Positions 13,197 through 24,775 of a stretch of DNA of 64,000 nt are shown here, in pieces (position 1 is the stretch's first letter; every line of letters begins with the position of its first letter). The notes under the pieces were generated by a model. That model was not told where the DNA came from. It saw nothing but the letters and a program-made list of their open reading frames with translations, and did not search any database. This stretch comes from Torpedo marmorata. Lineage: Eukaryota. The stretch spans positions 16,306,001-16,370,000 of the forward strand of contig OZ360252.1 in the NCBI GenBank assembly GCA_977017645.1, read 5' to 3'. A program made the translations under genes and the position numbers.

Positions 13197-15199
13197 AGCT
13201 GGAGGAAATGATTTCTGCTGGAATATATAGGCTTTACATTATTGCATATTTCATTGAAAAATCTCCAAACTTGATTGATATTATTTCATACATAGCACGC
13301 TTCTCCCAATCTAAGTTAATCGGGTCTTATGTTATGCCCTAGAAATGAACCTTCCCCCAAATTAAGAGCTGAAGTTCAGGACCCTTTCCACAACTGCCTT
13401 GAAACTAACAGGATTATTGGCCCTGCTCCCAGAGTCTATACCCAGACATTTCCTCCCCTGCTGATTATTACTTCGTTTCTTCAGATAACATCTTCTGTAG
13501 GATTATGCATTTATTGTCTCAGAAACTTGGCCACACTTAATAAATTTTATGCCCTCTATTTCTCTTGCATCAAGAAAATCCCTGTAAAGACTGGGGAAGT
13601 GAAATTACTCACTACTGTAACATTATTGTCCGTAAATCTTCCTGTCATTTGATTGCAGATCTGTTTGTCGAACTTCCTCTGATTGAGAGGGCTCTGTTAA
13701 AACCCCAGCGCAGTGAACGTCCCTTAGTATGTTCGGGCGATCTAACCATGGTACCCTCTCCATGTACCGTCGGTTGACTCGGTTATCCTCATTTTCCATC
13801 CCCCATCACGTTGAAACTTCGATATACTGGTCTGGTCTGCCTAATCTATGGCTGCCTTATGCAAAAAAGGAACACCTCGTTCACTTGTGATCTCAAGGAA
13901 TCACAGGTAAACACACTGCCCTGTTGAACTGAATATGAATCGATATCTGGCAGCTCGCACTCGGGAATCCCAACTTGTTAACGTGGGAAAGGCTGAATTG
14001 AGGTCGCACCGCTGTAAACGCTTGGCGTCGCCCAATAGGATTCGACCCGATAACTTCTCACAAGATCGTTTCCATATTCAGAAACCTATCAACGTTAACG
14101 CTGAGCACTTGGATAGCGCCAATTGAGCCGTCTAGGTGCAGATTCCCAAAGACGGAGAAGCCATTTATCAGCCAGAAAGCCCTCTAAATCTGTTTCCTCC
14201 CTACCTGTACCTTGTCTGACAGGTCTCCGCTCAGGAAGTCCTGATACAGGCTCTCCAGCCGGAAAGCAAACTCAAAACATTTGCTTCCACAGCTGCTGGT
14301 ATGAACGTTGAGTATTTTTCAAGGAGATCCGATTTTAGAACCATACAATAATGGAAGACGACAGCTCGGACACAGGCCCCGCGGCCCATGTAGTCTGTGC
14401 GGAATATTATTCTGCCTGGTTACATTGACCTGTACGCGGTCCATGGCCCTCCATGCACATCCCATCCATGCATCTATCCATTTTTAATTCAATGTCAAAA
14501 TTGAGCCCTCATTCACCACTTCAGCTGGTACCTCGTTCCACACTCTCACCACTCTCTGCGTCATCTGGATCCAAGAATCTGCAGTTACTTCTGTCTTCAA
14601 CCTTTCCAAATAATATTTCAAAACCTTCTAATATTCCATGAAACAGACATGACATATTTCACTTAATTCTAACTTTTGTTCAAATATTTTACACTTGCAT
14701 CGTCAAATGATACCCGGCTAAATCCAAAGTTTTATTTGATAGGAATTGAAATTGAAAGCAAAACTCTGCAGATAACGGTATAATGAAAGTGCTGGGAAAT
14801 CTCAGAATGTCGGTCAGCATCTGTGAAAAGAGAACCAGTGTTAAGGTTTCAGTTCGAAAATTCATCCTCAGGACCGAAAACGAGAAATCACGTTAGTTTT
14901 TAAATGGCAACATTGAGGGTGAGAGAGGGATGGGTTCAAAGCAAATGCTGCTAGAGTGTTTGTGGAAACTAATGTCGGAGTGAAGTTGTGCAGCACGAGG
15001 AACCAGGGATAAGCAGATGTTATTTGCATCTTGTTTTAAATGTCCGGAGAAGACCTCCCCAAAGTGAGATAAGGGAACATCCAAAGGTTGCAAGTGCCTT
15101 TTCTATTTAACTGCATCAAGGGCCCCGTTTAAATGACATTACATGTTCATCTGAACATTGAAGATTTCTGCAATGCTCTTTGTTTTCATAAATTACCAG

Positions 15200-15480
15200 A
15201 AGCATATCTTGTCCAGACACATCAATACAGTGACGATACAGAAGTCAATACAGAAGATCATCAAAACGGCCGAGAAGATCACTGGGATCACCCTTTCGCC
15301 TATTCACGACATTTACCGGGATCATTTAATAGAGGAATTCGATAAAAAAACATTTCCATCCAGCACACAGCATTTTTGACCCACTAACATCAGGGAGAAT
15401 GTACAGGAGCATCAAAATCAGGACTGCCAGGCTGGGAAATCGCTCCTTCCCGCAAGCTGTGTGATTGATAAACAGAATCC
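15200..15480 (+). mobile_element. Rex1/Babar-like LINE fragment
   Basis: IQKIIKTAEKITGITL...CATCCAGCACACAGCATTTTTGAC...TACAGGAGCATCAAA...CCCGCAAGCTGT. Confidence 0.65.
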
Positions 15481-15504
15481 TGTTATGGAGTAAATCATCC
15501 CAAA

Positions 15505-16006
15505 ATAGTCAATAGACAGTAAGAGCTGGAGTAGGCCCTTCGGCCCGTCGAGCCAGCACCGCCATTTTACAGATCATGGTTGATCACTACTCTCAGTACC
15601 CCTTTCCAGCCTTATAGCAATTACACTTAACTCCTCTGCCCACTAGAGTCTTATCAAACTCTATTTTGAACAAAATCAGCGAATCTGCCTCTACCACCCT
15701 CTGTGGCAGAGCATTCCACAGATTCACACTTCTCTGGGTAAACATTTTTCCTCATCTCCGTCCTAAAGGGCCTTCCCTGTATTCTTAAACTATGCCCTCT
15801 AGTCCTCGTCTCTCCCATCATTGGGAACAAGTAATCCGATTTCACCCTGTCTATCCCCTTGATAATCTTGTATACATCAATCATGTCCCCCCTCATCCTT
15901 CTAAACTCCATCGGATATAAGTCCAGTTTTTCTAACCTTTCAGCATATGTCAACCCTGCAATCCCTGAAACTAACCTTGTAAATCTGCGCTGCACACCCT
16001 CTATAG

Positions 16007-16009
<3 letters not shown>
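15505..16009 (-). mobile_element. CR1 3' fragment
   Basis: IEGVQRRFTRL...RRMRGDMIDVYKI...TRGHSL; same subfamily as 46105-46520 and 52740-53155. Confidence 0.9.
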
Positions 16010-16082
<73 letters not shown>

Positions 16083-16090
16083 TGTGTGTG
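16010..16090. repeat. (TG)n microsatellite
   Basis: About 40 TG units with two TA interruptions. Confidence 0.97.
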
Positions 16091-17048
16091 CACGCGCGCA
16101 CTCGCTCACCGTGGTTCAGAGAAACACTGTTTTATTTCTTCACAATTATACCGACAGATGATAATTAACGTGAACATGACTTAATCTTTAACATAATGGT
16201 TCCCTGACATATTTCCATCAACTCTGAAATGTCCTCATTGATCTCATGGGTCACTTCTGATCACACTCAAAACGATTGAAATCCCTAAGGACAAAGCAGC
16301 TCATTTCAACCATTCATTTCCAACGCACTATCCATTCCTTCCACCGTCCCATACCGACGTTCGCACCATGGCCGCTAAACCTGACTGCAGTATGGAGCCT
16401 GTACTAATTATATTGCACCAACTCTGCCGGGTGCTATCAATAAAGTCATTATTCGAGCAGAAAGAACCGCAAGCGGATTGGATCAAAGGCACCGGCCGAT
16501 GCCCCTCAGTCACATCACCCAGACATGCAGATACGTCCTTGCTACTTTATCATCACTGCATAAATCCTGGAAATCTCCCAGTAAAGGCCACCCAACAGTG
16601 GAGATCCATGAGGATTTTGTTTTTTAATTTTGTTGACACGCGAGACTGCAGATGCTGGAATCTGAAGCAAACCACAAACTGTTGGACGAACCCGAACTGT
16701 CAAGCAGCACCTGGTGGACGGGGGGGGGGGGGAGGGGTTGTCAAATTTCTGAGTCGGACCGTGCATCAGATTAGAAGCTGCTCGCCGCCCTGAAATCTTC
16801 CAGCAGTTGGTTTGCGATTTGCTCCGTACGAACACGGTGCAGATTATTTAATGCCACCGGTTATGGACGACACGTTAAAACGGGTGTGAGTTCTGAAACA
16901 CAAATTGTGATCGCAATATGACAGAAATAATACCGCCAGTAACTGGATGTAATTTCACATCAGTCGCGGGCAGTCGGATGGTTTTACACCCGGGCGTCCC
17001 GGAACGATTCAAGCGGTGGTACCGAAGTAAGGAAAGGCGGATCAATAC

Positions 17049-17363
17049 CTGAGCAGATAACGCCTGCATCGTACTTGTGTGAAGTTCTATATAAACCCCA
17101 TGGTTTCGATGGACAGTCCCGCAGAGCGTTCTCAGTCCCGGTGCAGTTAACTTTCCACGTCACTTTGGGTCCGGTCCCCGGTCCAAAGTGAGAATTGCCC
17201 GGGGCTTGCAGCGCGGCGCCGCAGCCCGTCTCCCGACACACCACAATCGCATCGTCCAGGTCCCAGCCGGAATGATACACAGTTCCCCAGACTCCCCGGT
17301 GGTAAACCTCCACTCTCCCTGCGCACCGACTGCCTCCATTCACCAGCCTCAACACGACGCTCT
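17049..17363 (-). CDS. SRCR receptor gene, SRCR domain exon 1 (6 Cys)
   Basis: tgtttcag|AG AGC GTC GTG TTG...LRLVNGGSRCAGRVEVYHRGVWGTVY...DAGVICS G|gtatt; 315 bp, phase 1-1. Confidence 0.93.
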
Positions 17364-18503
17364 CTGAAACAAAACAGAAACATCAGCACCGGGATCGCCA
17401 GCATCTCGTTCCGCGTCTCGGCGCACCGCGCTCCCAGCTCACCACCGCTCACCCATTCAACGTCCACACATCTTCGACGGAAGGGTCAGACTGTGGTATA
17501 CCCCGAATAAACTGCCTAAAGTGGCGAATACATGCAGTCATTTGGTAAACGTCCCAAGTAGCGGGAGTCACCCCTGTTTCCAGGAAACAAGGCGGCTCCC
17601 AGGACGAGAGGGTCGTGCCCGTTTACACTCTCTAGAGAGCGGCTGATGGGAGAGTCGTGTCGGAGGCCGGTTGTAGCCAGTTCCCATCGCTATGTAGTGG
17701 ACCGAACACGTGGTGGTGGTATGAACCTATTCTTGGAACTGAACATCAAAGGAGAAAGCGTCGGAGTGGGTCTTCAGCACGACAAAGGTGGGGTAAACTG
17801 TGGGAGCTCATTTGCAACCCGGAACAAAGTCAACGTGGTCAGTGCACGACACCGCGCCGTTCAGAAACCTGTTTAATTGTCGCCCGCGTGAATTTAGTGG
17901 TCACCTCTAAGCTGCAAATCTTTAGTAACAACCAGTCTCAACAGCCCCACACTAAACACAGTGAAAATTAAATGCCATTACCTGATCGGTCAGCCAGACA
18001 ATTCCAGAGGCGGTCTGGAATGAGAAATTCAGAATTAGATTTGGCTCTCGGTGGCCTGTGGGTTTCGGATGTGCGAGGGAGGGCTTCATGGAGAGGCCGG
18101 ACAACAATTTAATAAACTCAAAGGAAAAAGAACCGACAGCAAACTGTGGGGTGTGTTTGAACACATCGACGGAGAATTTGTTACAGCAAATAATTTAAGA
18201 TTCACACCTGTTTTTCTTTATTAATGAAACTGCAATCAATCCTCGGCAACTATTAATTCTCATTGTGCCTTCATTAAGAACGAAAATAGATTTCAGAACT
18301 GATGACATCAGGGGAGGATTTTTCCCCGTGAGCTGGATGTCACGACTGATTAGTTTTCTATCTCCAGGAAACACGACGATTGCTGATAATGAATCTGCTG
18401 CTGCCACCGTCAGGGGACAATTTGCTGCGTTAGCGGGTTTTCGGACCGTGGAGTCAATACCAGCCCATTTCGTGGTCGATCAGATGAGGGCATCTTCACT
18501 CGC

Positions 18504-18630
18504 CTTTCCCCGTTGATCTGGAAATTTGTCGTAATGCCATTTTATTTATTCCAGTGGAAAGTGCCTGAAGCAATCCATGGAGAATAACGTTCTCTTTGCC
18601 CCCTGCACTGCTCATGATTGTGGCGCTCAT
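18504..18630 (-). CDS. candidate leader exon of the SRCR gene (GC donor)
   Basis: MSATIMSSAGGKENVILHGLLQALSTGINKMALRQISRSTGK G|gcgagt joins in frame (phase 1) to exon 17363. The start codon is uncertain (ATGs at 18654, 18630, 18615) and hydrophobicity is weak. Confidence 0.45.
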
Positions 18631-18759
18631 TCTAACTCGAGCTGCGATTCTCATTTGAGTTTGAAATTGCACAGGCAAAGTTCCATATGCCACACACGTT
18701 CATGTTAATGTGTCATCTTCCTGCTGTTGAAATCTCCGGGGTTATGAGCACGATTATTT

Positions 18760-19560
18760 CATGGAGAGGTACAGGTCGTTCAGCTCAACACGCCGATGTG
18801 GAACAAGTTGGCAATCTTGGTTGGTGACTTTTGCTGGCAATTATTAAGCCGTTCCTGTGCATATATCTGTCCAAATGTCTTTTTCAAGTGCAAACGTTGC
18901 CCGCTTCTGCAGACTATTCAGACCAGGCACGTCGTTCCAGATATGGACCATCTTCCGAGTGAAAATAGTTACCCCTCGGGTCCCCTTTAAATCTCAGACT
19001 GATCCTCTCCCTCTAGTTGTAGATTCGTCTATCCAGGGATAAAAAGACTGTGAGGATTCACTTTATTCATGCTCATCAGGAACGTATGAGCATCGGTCAG
19101 GTCACATCAAGCCTCATATGCTCTGTGAAACAATGCCACAGCGTATTTACCCTCTTACTCTGCCTCTTGCCCTCTTGCCCCACCACAGTCCTCACGACCC
19201 TCCTTTGCACCACTTCCAACTTTTTGATGTCCTTCCTGCAAATAAACGACCAGAATTCTCAAATCTCACAAATATCTTGTGCAGCTGAATCATGTGGACC
19301 CAACCTTTGTACGTGGACACAGCACCGATGCCTGCCTAACTTCTCTAGCCGCGGCCCTCCAATCAAAACTACTTCCGAACACCCATCTCGAATGTCCCAT
19401 TCCTCCAAACCAATCTTGAATCCAAAGGGCCAGCTCCTCTGGTCCCACGAAATCTAGCCTTCCGGACGAAACTGCAATGCAGGACCTTGTCAAAGTTCAT
19501 ATTTTCAGTGTCAACTGCCCTGCACTTGTAAGTCTTTGACACTTTTTCCAAAGAAATCTT
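18760..19560 (-). mobile_element. degraded CR1 fragment
   Basis: Antisense remnants (ALWIQDWF, GACCTTGTCAAAG, AAAGACTGTGAGGATTCAC). Confidence 0.6.
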
Positions 19561-19604
19561 AATTGCTCAACAGTACCATCGACAAAATTAACTCCTGATT
19601 ATTT

Positions 19605-21471
19605 AGTAAATGTAAAAAAATTACACAATTCAAATGATTAAAGGAAGGAATTAAATATCTGGAAATAAAGATTGATACAAAATTAGCTAATTTATATAAA
19701 TTAAATTATCTACCATTATTTACAAACATAGGATTTACCTATAAATTTAATAGGAAGGGTAAACTGTATTAAATTTAATATCTTTCCAAGAATTCAATAT
19801 AGTTTCCAGTCAATTCCTTACGAAATTCCTTTGAAATTCTTTGAGGATTTAAATTTAATTATAAGGAATTTTTTGTGGAAAGGAAAGTTGGCTAGATTAG
19901 GTATAGAGAAATTAACTTGGAACTGTGAAATAGGTGGTTTACAACTTCCTAATTTTCAAAATGACTGTAAAGCAGCTCAATTAAAATATGTTATTGGAAT
20001 GTTTGATTTAGGTAAGTCTTCTGCTTGGATTAGAATAGAATTAAATAATATAGGAGAAGATTTGAAAGAAGAAATTATTTATAAATGAAATTCTAAATTA
20101 CTTTTAATAAGAGGGAAGAATTCTCCTATTTTTAAACATTTGTTTAAAATATGGAATAGAGTGGATATTGAGATAGGAGGGAAAGGCTCAATTTCTCTAA
20201 AAATGCCTCTATATCAAAATAAACGTATTCCATTTACTGTTGATAATCAATTATTTAAAATTTGCTTCCAAAAGGGAATTAAGAAAATAAATGATTGTTT
20301 TGAAGAGAGTAAATTTATTACTTTTCAAAGAATGAAAGATGTTTAATGTATCTAATAATACACTTTTTGTTTATTATCAAATTGGAGAATTTTGAGTTGG
20401 GAAGTTGGGTTATAGTTCGATTCTACCAAGACAGAGTGAACTAGAATTAATAGTTACTAATGAAGGCGTAAATAAATTTATTTCTCAAATGTATAGATTG
20501 TTTCAGAGAAAAATCCCTAAAGTAGGAATTCATAAATCAAGATTAAATTGGGAATCAGATTTGAATGTAACAAGAGATGAAGAACATTGTAAATAATTAT
20601 GTAAATTAAGTATGACGAAGATTATTAACGTGAGATATAGATTAGTTCATTATAAATGTTTTCATCAATTATATTTAACGCCTAAAAAATTAAAGAAATT
20701 TAATTCGACATTATCAGGTTTATGTTTTAGATGTAATAGAGAAGAAGATTCTTTTGTACATTCTACATGGTTTTGTCCAAATATATATGAGTTTTGGTTG
20801 AAAGTTAAAAACTTTTTAGATAAAGTATTGAATATTACACTTCCATTGGACCCTATGATATTTTTGTTTGGAGATATTCAAAGAATTAGTATTAATATGA
20901 AATTAAATATGTATGAAATAGAATTTTTGCGAATTTTTTTAGCTGTTTCTTACAAATGCTTTGCTATTACTTGGAAATCTGATGTATATTTAGGGTTAGA
21001 GAGACGCATGCAGAACTTCGTTCATGTACACCACTTGAAAAACTACTTATAATTTACGTAATAAATACCATTTATTTTTGAAAATATGGAGCCACATATA
21101 AAAGCTGTTGGTTTAAGGATTTGAATCTGTAGACATCGGATCTGACTGGCGAACCTCTCCTCCACAATAAAATCAGTTTATAGATGTACTTTTTAGATTG
21201 ACATTCTCTTTACACTATCTTTTCCTTTCTTTTTTTAATATTTTAGTAGATTAGTATGGGCTCCCCGTGCTTTCGGCGTGGTTGTCGGCTGGGCCGTACA
21301 GTGTACTGTGCGACTCAGCTGCACCTCATCGGTGAGTCGGTGTGAGTCAGTGGGGTGGGAGGGTTAGGGAAAGAAGGGAGGGAGGGGGGGTGAAAATGAA
21401 TCACACGTATTTTGATAATTTTATATTTTAATTTATGTAATTCGTGATTTACAATTTTAAACATAAAAATA
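19605..21471 (+). mobile_element. L1/Tx1 3' fragment with 21-bp TSD
   Basis: ORFs 19831-21052 (FLWKGK, GGLQLPNF, CFRCNREEDSFVHSTWFC); AAAATTAACTCCTGATTATTT at both 19584-19604 and 21472-21492. Confidence 0.92.
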
Positions 21472-22169
21472 AAAATTAACTCCTGATTATTTTTCCACGT
21501 CGGATTATCTCAATGTGGAAACTGTGACGTTAAATTGTATTTTTAAATTTGCTTGTGCTGAATCCGTGAATAATATTCAAGGATTTGGTCAAATGGGTGT
21601 CTTTCTGCAGCGCGGGCTCGTGGGCAGGAAGGGCCTGCTACCGTGTTGTATCTCTAAATTAATATTCCAACGTTCACACATTGGTTTATTTCTGCCCCGG
21701 GTTATCCGGCAACAGTAGGGCATAATTTGCTCGCACTCCTGAGTGCTCTTTCAGACTTTGCTCAAGTAATAGGTGCTCACTCGCGAATTGTCATTTTCTT
21801 TTATTTGATAAAGTGGGAAATTTTAGTTTTATTTTACAACTTAAATGCCTTTGTTCACCTTTTTCCTCCTGTCATGTATACTGATTATATTAGCTCAGAG
21901 CGAGTGAACAATAAAATGAGTGAGCAACACATTCTTTATTTTAGAGTCATATCTCGCTCCAGAATGATATTTAGAGGTCAAGCCCACCCGACATTGGAGA
22001 ATATATTTTGTCAGGCGTGCCTCACGATTCTTCAAATATTTCAAGTAAGTTAAATCAATATTATTCCACTGCTGCGATTGTTTTGCCTCTCGTTATATCC
22101 CTTCATTAAACAAATCGTCACGCATCAACTCCCCCTTGATACTTTTCGTGATTCAAATAATCAGTCATT

Positions 22170-22312
22170 TATGGCAGCCAATTAACCTACCGACGCGAAA
22201 GCTATTGGATGTGGGAGAAATCCACGGTACCTGGAGAAACCCACGGGAATGGCGGTAAAACCTTCGAGGTTCACGCAGACAGCTCCGGGGGTTAGAATTG
22301 GACCAGGGTCAC
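22170..22312 (-). mobile_element. tRNA-derived (V-SINE-like) SINE fragment
   Basis: GGATGTGGGAGAAATCCACGGTACCTGGAGAAACCCACG...TCACGCAGACAGC...AGAATTGGACC pattern. Confidence 0.6.
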
Positions 22313-22484
22313 CATAGCTTACCTGAGGTCTCAGGCCCGACACAGTGGTTAACCTTCGCTTGCCATGGATGCTGCGTGACCTGCTGAGTTCTTCCAGCAC
22401 TGTTGTATATTGCATTTTCTCAGATAGCTTTACCGGGGCTGCACTAATATAATTGAATGGAGGTTTAATGTAAGAGGAATGTTC

Positions 22485-22790
22485 GTCACAGAGAGCTGCA
22501 GCCTCACAGGGCCAGAGACACAGGTGTAATCTTGTGGTCAGTTGCCGCTGTCCGGAGTTTGCACGTGCTCTCTTTGACAGTGCTGGTTCCCCCTCACATC
22601 ACAAGGACGAGCGTGATTCCAGGATAATTGGCCAATGTAAATTGTCCTTCCTGTGTGAGTGTGTGGCAGAAACAGTTGACCTGTATAATATTGGAATTAA
22701 TCGTGAATATGTGTGACTGTTGCTGGGAGCGGATTCGGTGGGACGACGGTCCTCTTTCCATGCGCTTTGGTTTCACGACTCTCCACGTCA
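22485..22790 (+). mobile_element. tRNA-derived (V-SINE-like) SINE with CR1-like tail
   Basis: GCTGCAGCCTCACAGGGCCAGAGAC...GGAGTTTGCACGTGCTC...TTCCCCCTCACATC...TAATTGGCCAATGTAAATTGTCC. Confidence 0.6.
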
Positions 22791-23544
22791 TTCCCCTGCA
22801 CTCGGTTTTAGTCACTGATGTTTTCATTAAGAAATATCACGGAGTAAATCTGTCATTTATTGAGCCGCATGATATAATGGCAAATTGCACAAACGAGATC
22901 TACATTAAATTCAAATGATGTAAACTTACAAAAATAATAAAATTTCAATTTGCATGGGAATGTTAGTCTGCGGCTCATTTTGTAAATTGTTCACGGAGAT
23001 ATGTTTGTGTTACTGTTTTCGCATTTGAAAAGCTATTTTCATTAAATAGCTATGAAAAGACGGTTTTACGATCTAACCGCTTTTAGCATCCAGAGGAAGA
23101 AATATACACGGACATAAACAGAGTCAAACACTTTACGCATCAGACTGACCCGTCATCTTGACAGCAAAATCTTTGCGATTGACAGCGATTGACAAGCCAG
23201 AGAACAGCTGAGAATTGTCACCAGTGCTAAACACAGGGCACGGAGCCCGTAGAAATAAAGTGAAGAAACTCCTGGTAAGTCATCAAATGCGGCCGAACAT
23301 ATTACGGAAAACGTTGGGAAACGGCAAATCGTGTTTGGACAAACGAGCATGCAGCAGGAAATGGCAGAATCCTACCCTTTCAGACGGTGAGCATTTGCTC
23401 TTGATGGGGATTGACATATATATTTAGATATTATTCCCACTTTGGGAAACTATACCATCGACCGAGAAGCGCACTCAATATTCATGTCAAGGAAGGGGAC
23501 GGAGATTAAGAAACAACGTATCATGTGTGCCTTTATTTTAGATA

Positions 23545-23912
23545 CCAATTGATAAGATGATGAGAGACATTGACCGTGTGGATGGTCAGAGACATATTCG
23601 CAGGGGTGAAATGGCCAATAAGAGGGGGCACAAATTATAGCTTGGGATAAGTCCAGGGGGGATTCAATAGGTAGGTTTTGTCACACAGAAACTTCTGGGT
23701 GTATTGAATTCGCAATCGGCAAGAGTGCGGGAGGGACGGAGAATAAGATATTTTAGGAAACTATTAGATAGGTCCATGGAACGGTGAAAAATGAAGGGAG
23801 ATGCAGTCGGAACATTCTCCGCAGCTATTAGATTAGATTATTAAGTCGGCACAGCACTGTGAGTTGAAGTGCTTGTACTGTGCCGTAGATTTCTATGATC
23901 TATGTTCTATGA
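23545..23912 (+). mobile_element. CR1 3' fragment
   Basis: AAGATGATGAGAGACATTGACCGTGTGGAT...AGAGGGCAC...; tail TTCTATGATCTATGTTCTATG. Confidence 0.75.
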
Positions 23913-23984
23913 TAGAAATCTTCAAAAAAGAGAAAAACAACATCTAAAAACGCAACAAATTATGCAGCACTTGAGGAAAGAGAC

Positions 23985-24775
23985 ACGAAAAAATTAGTAG
24001 CGCTGCCAGAGCTGCTGTAACGGCAGCGCTGCCGCTGGTGCGGGGCCACGGAGAGCGGTAGCGGAGATACAGCGTTCCCTGTGGGGTCCAAGCGCCCAGT
24101 CTGACTATTCCGCTCTGTACAAGCTTTAAACGGCCTGTAAATGGAGCCGACGGTGGTTTTATTTGAACATACCGCGCCCACGGGGTCTGGCCCAAGATGA
24201 CGGCGCCTGTGACCGGCAGCAGCCACGAGGGGTTGCAGACTCCAGGGAAGCGGACACCAGAAAACGGGAAGACCAACTCACGTTTGAGAAGATGAAGCAG
24301 AGGAGACCACCCACGGGACGGTGACAACGGCGGCGCAGCAGTGAGGAGATCTGAAGCTGAAGAACACACAGGCGGCGGGCTGTTGATGACTCGGGGCGAG
24401 GGACATATGCAGGCTGCGGGCTGCTGGTGACTGCGGTCGAGGGATTCACACCAGGCTGCGGACTGCTGCAGACTGGCTCGAGACTGGCTGAAGGGGTACC
24501 AGGTATCGGAAACGGTGTGCGAGAGGGTGACGAGGGCGCTGAAGGTTTCCTGATCGGTCGGACGTTCCGATCTGGCGGTCGGGCTGCGGATGGTTTGGAC
24601 TGGACTCTGTGTGGCTGCGGGAGCGCTGGAAGAGAATCCACGGACACTCGGTGATCTGGGAAGAGAGACTCTTTTGCTTCTCTTTCTCTAAATGTAAGAG
24701 GCAGTCTAAAGCAAATTGCATGTAATATTGCACGGTTTTATAACATGGCATAAAGGAATCTTGAGTTATCTTTCG
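23985..24775 (+). mobile_element. GC-rich non-autonomous retroelement, copy A
   Basis: Homologous to 33951-34562, 37797-38569 and 61035-61888 (CCCAAGATG.CGGCGCC, GGACACTCGGTGA, GGAATCTTGA tail). Confidence 0.8.

Noticed and set aside
15654-16109. His-Thr repeat protein
   Set aside because: Translation of a (CA)n microsatellite fused to a CR1 fragment.
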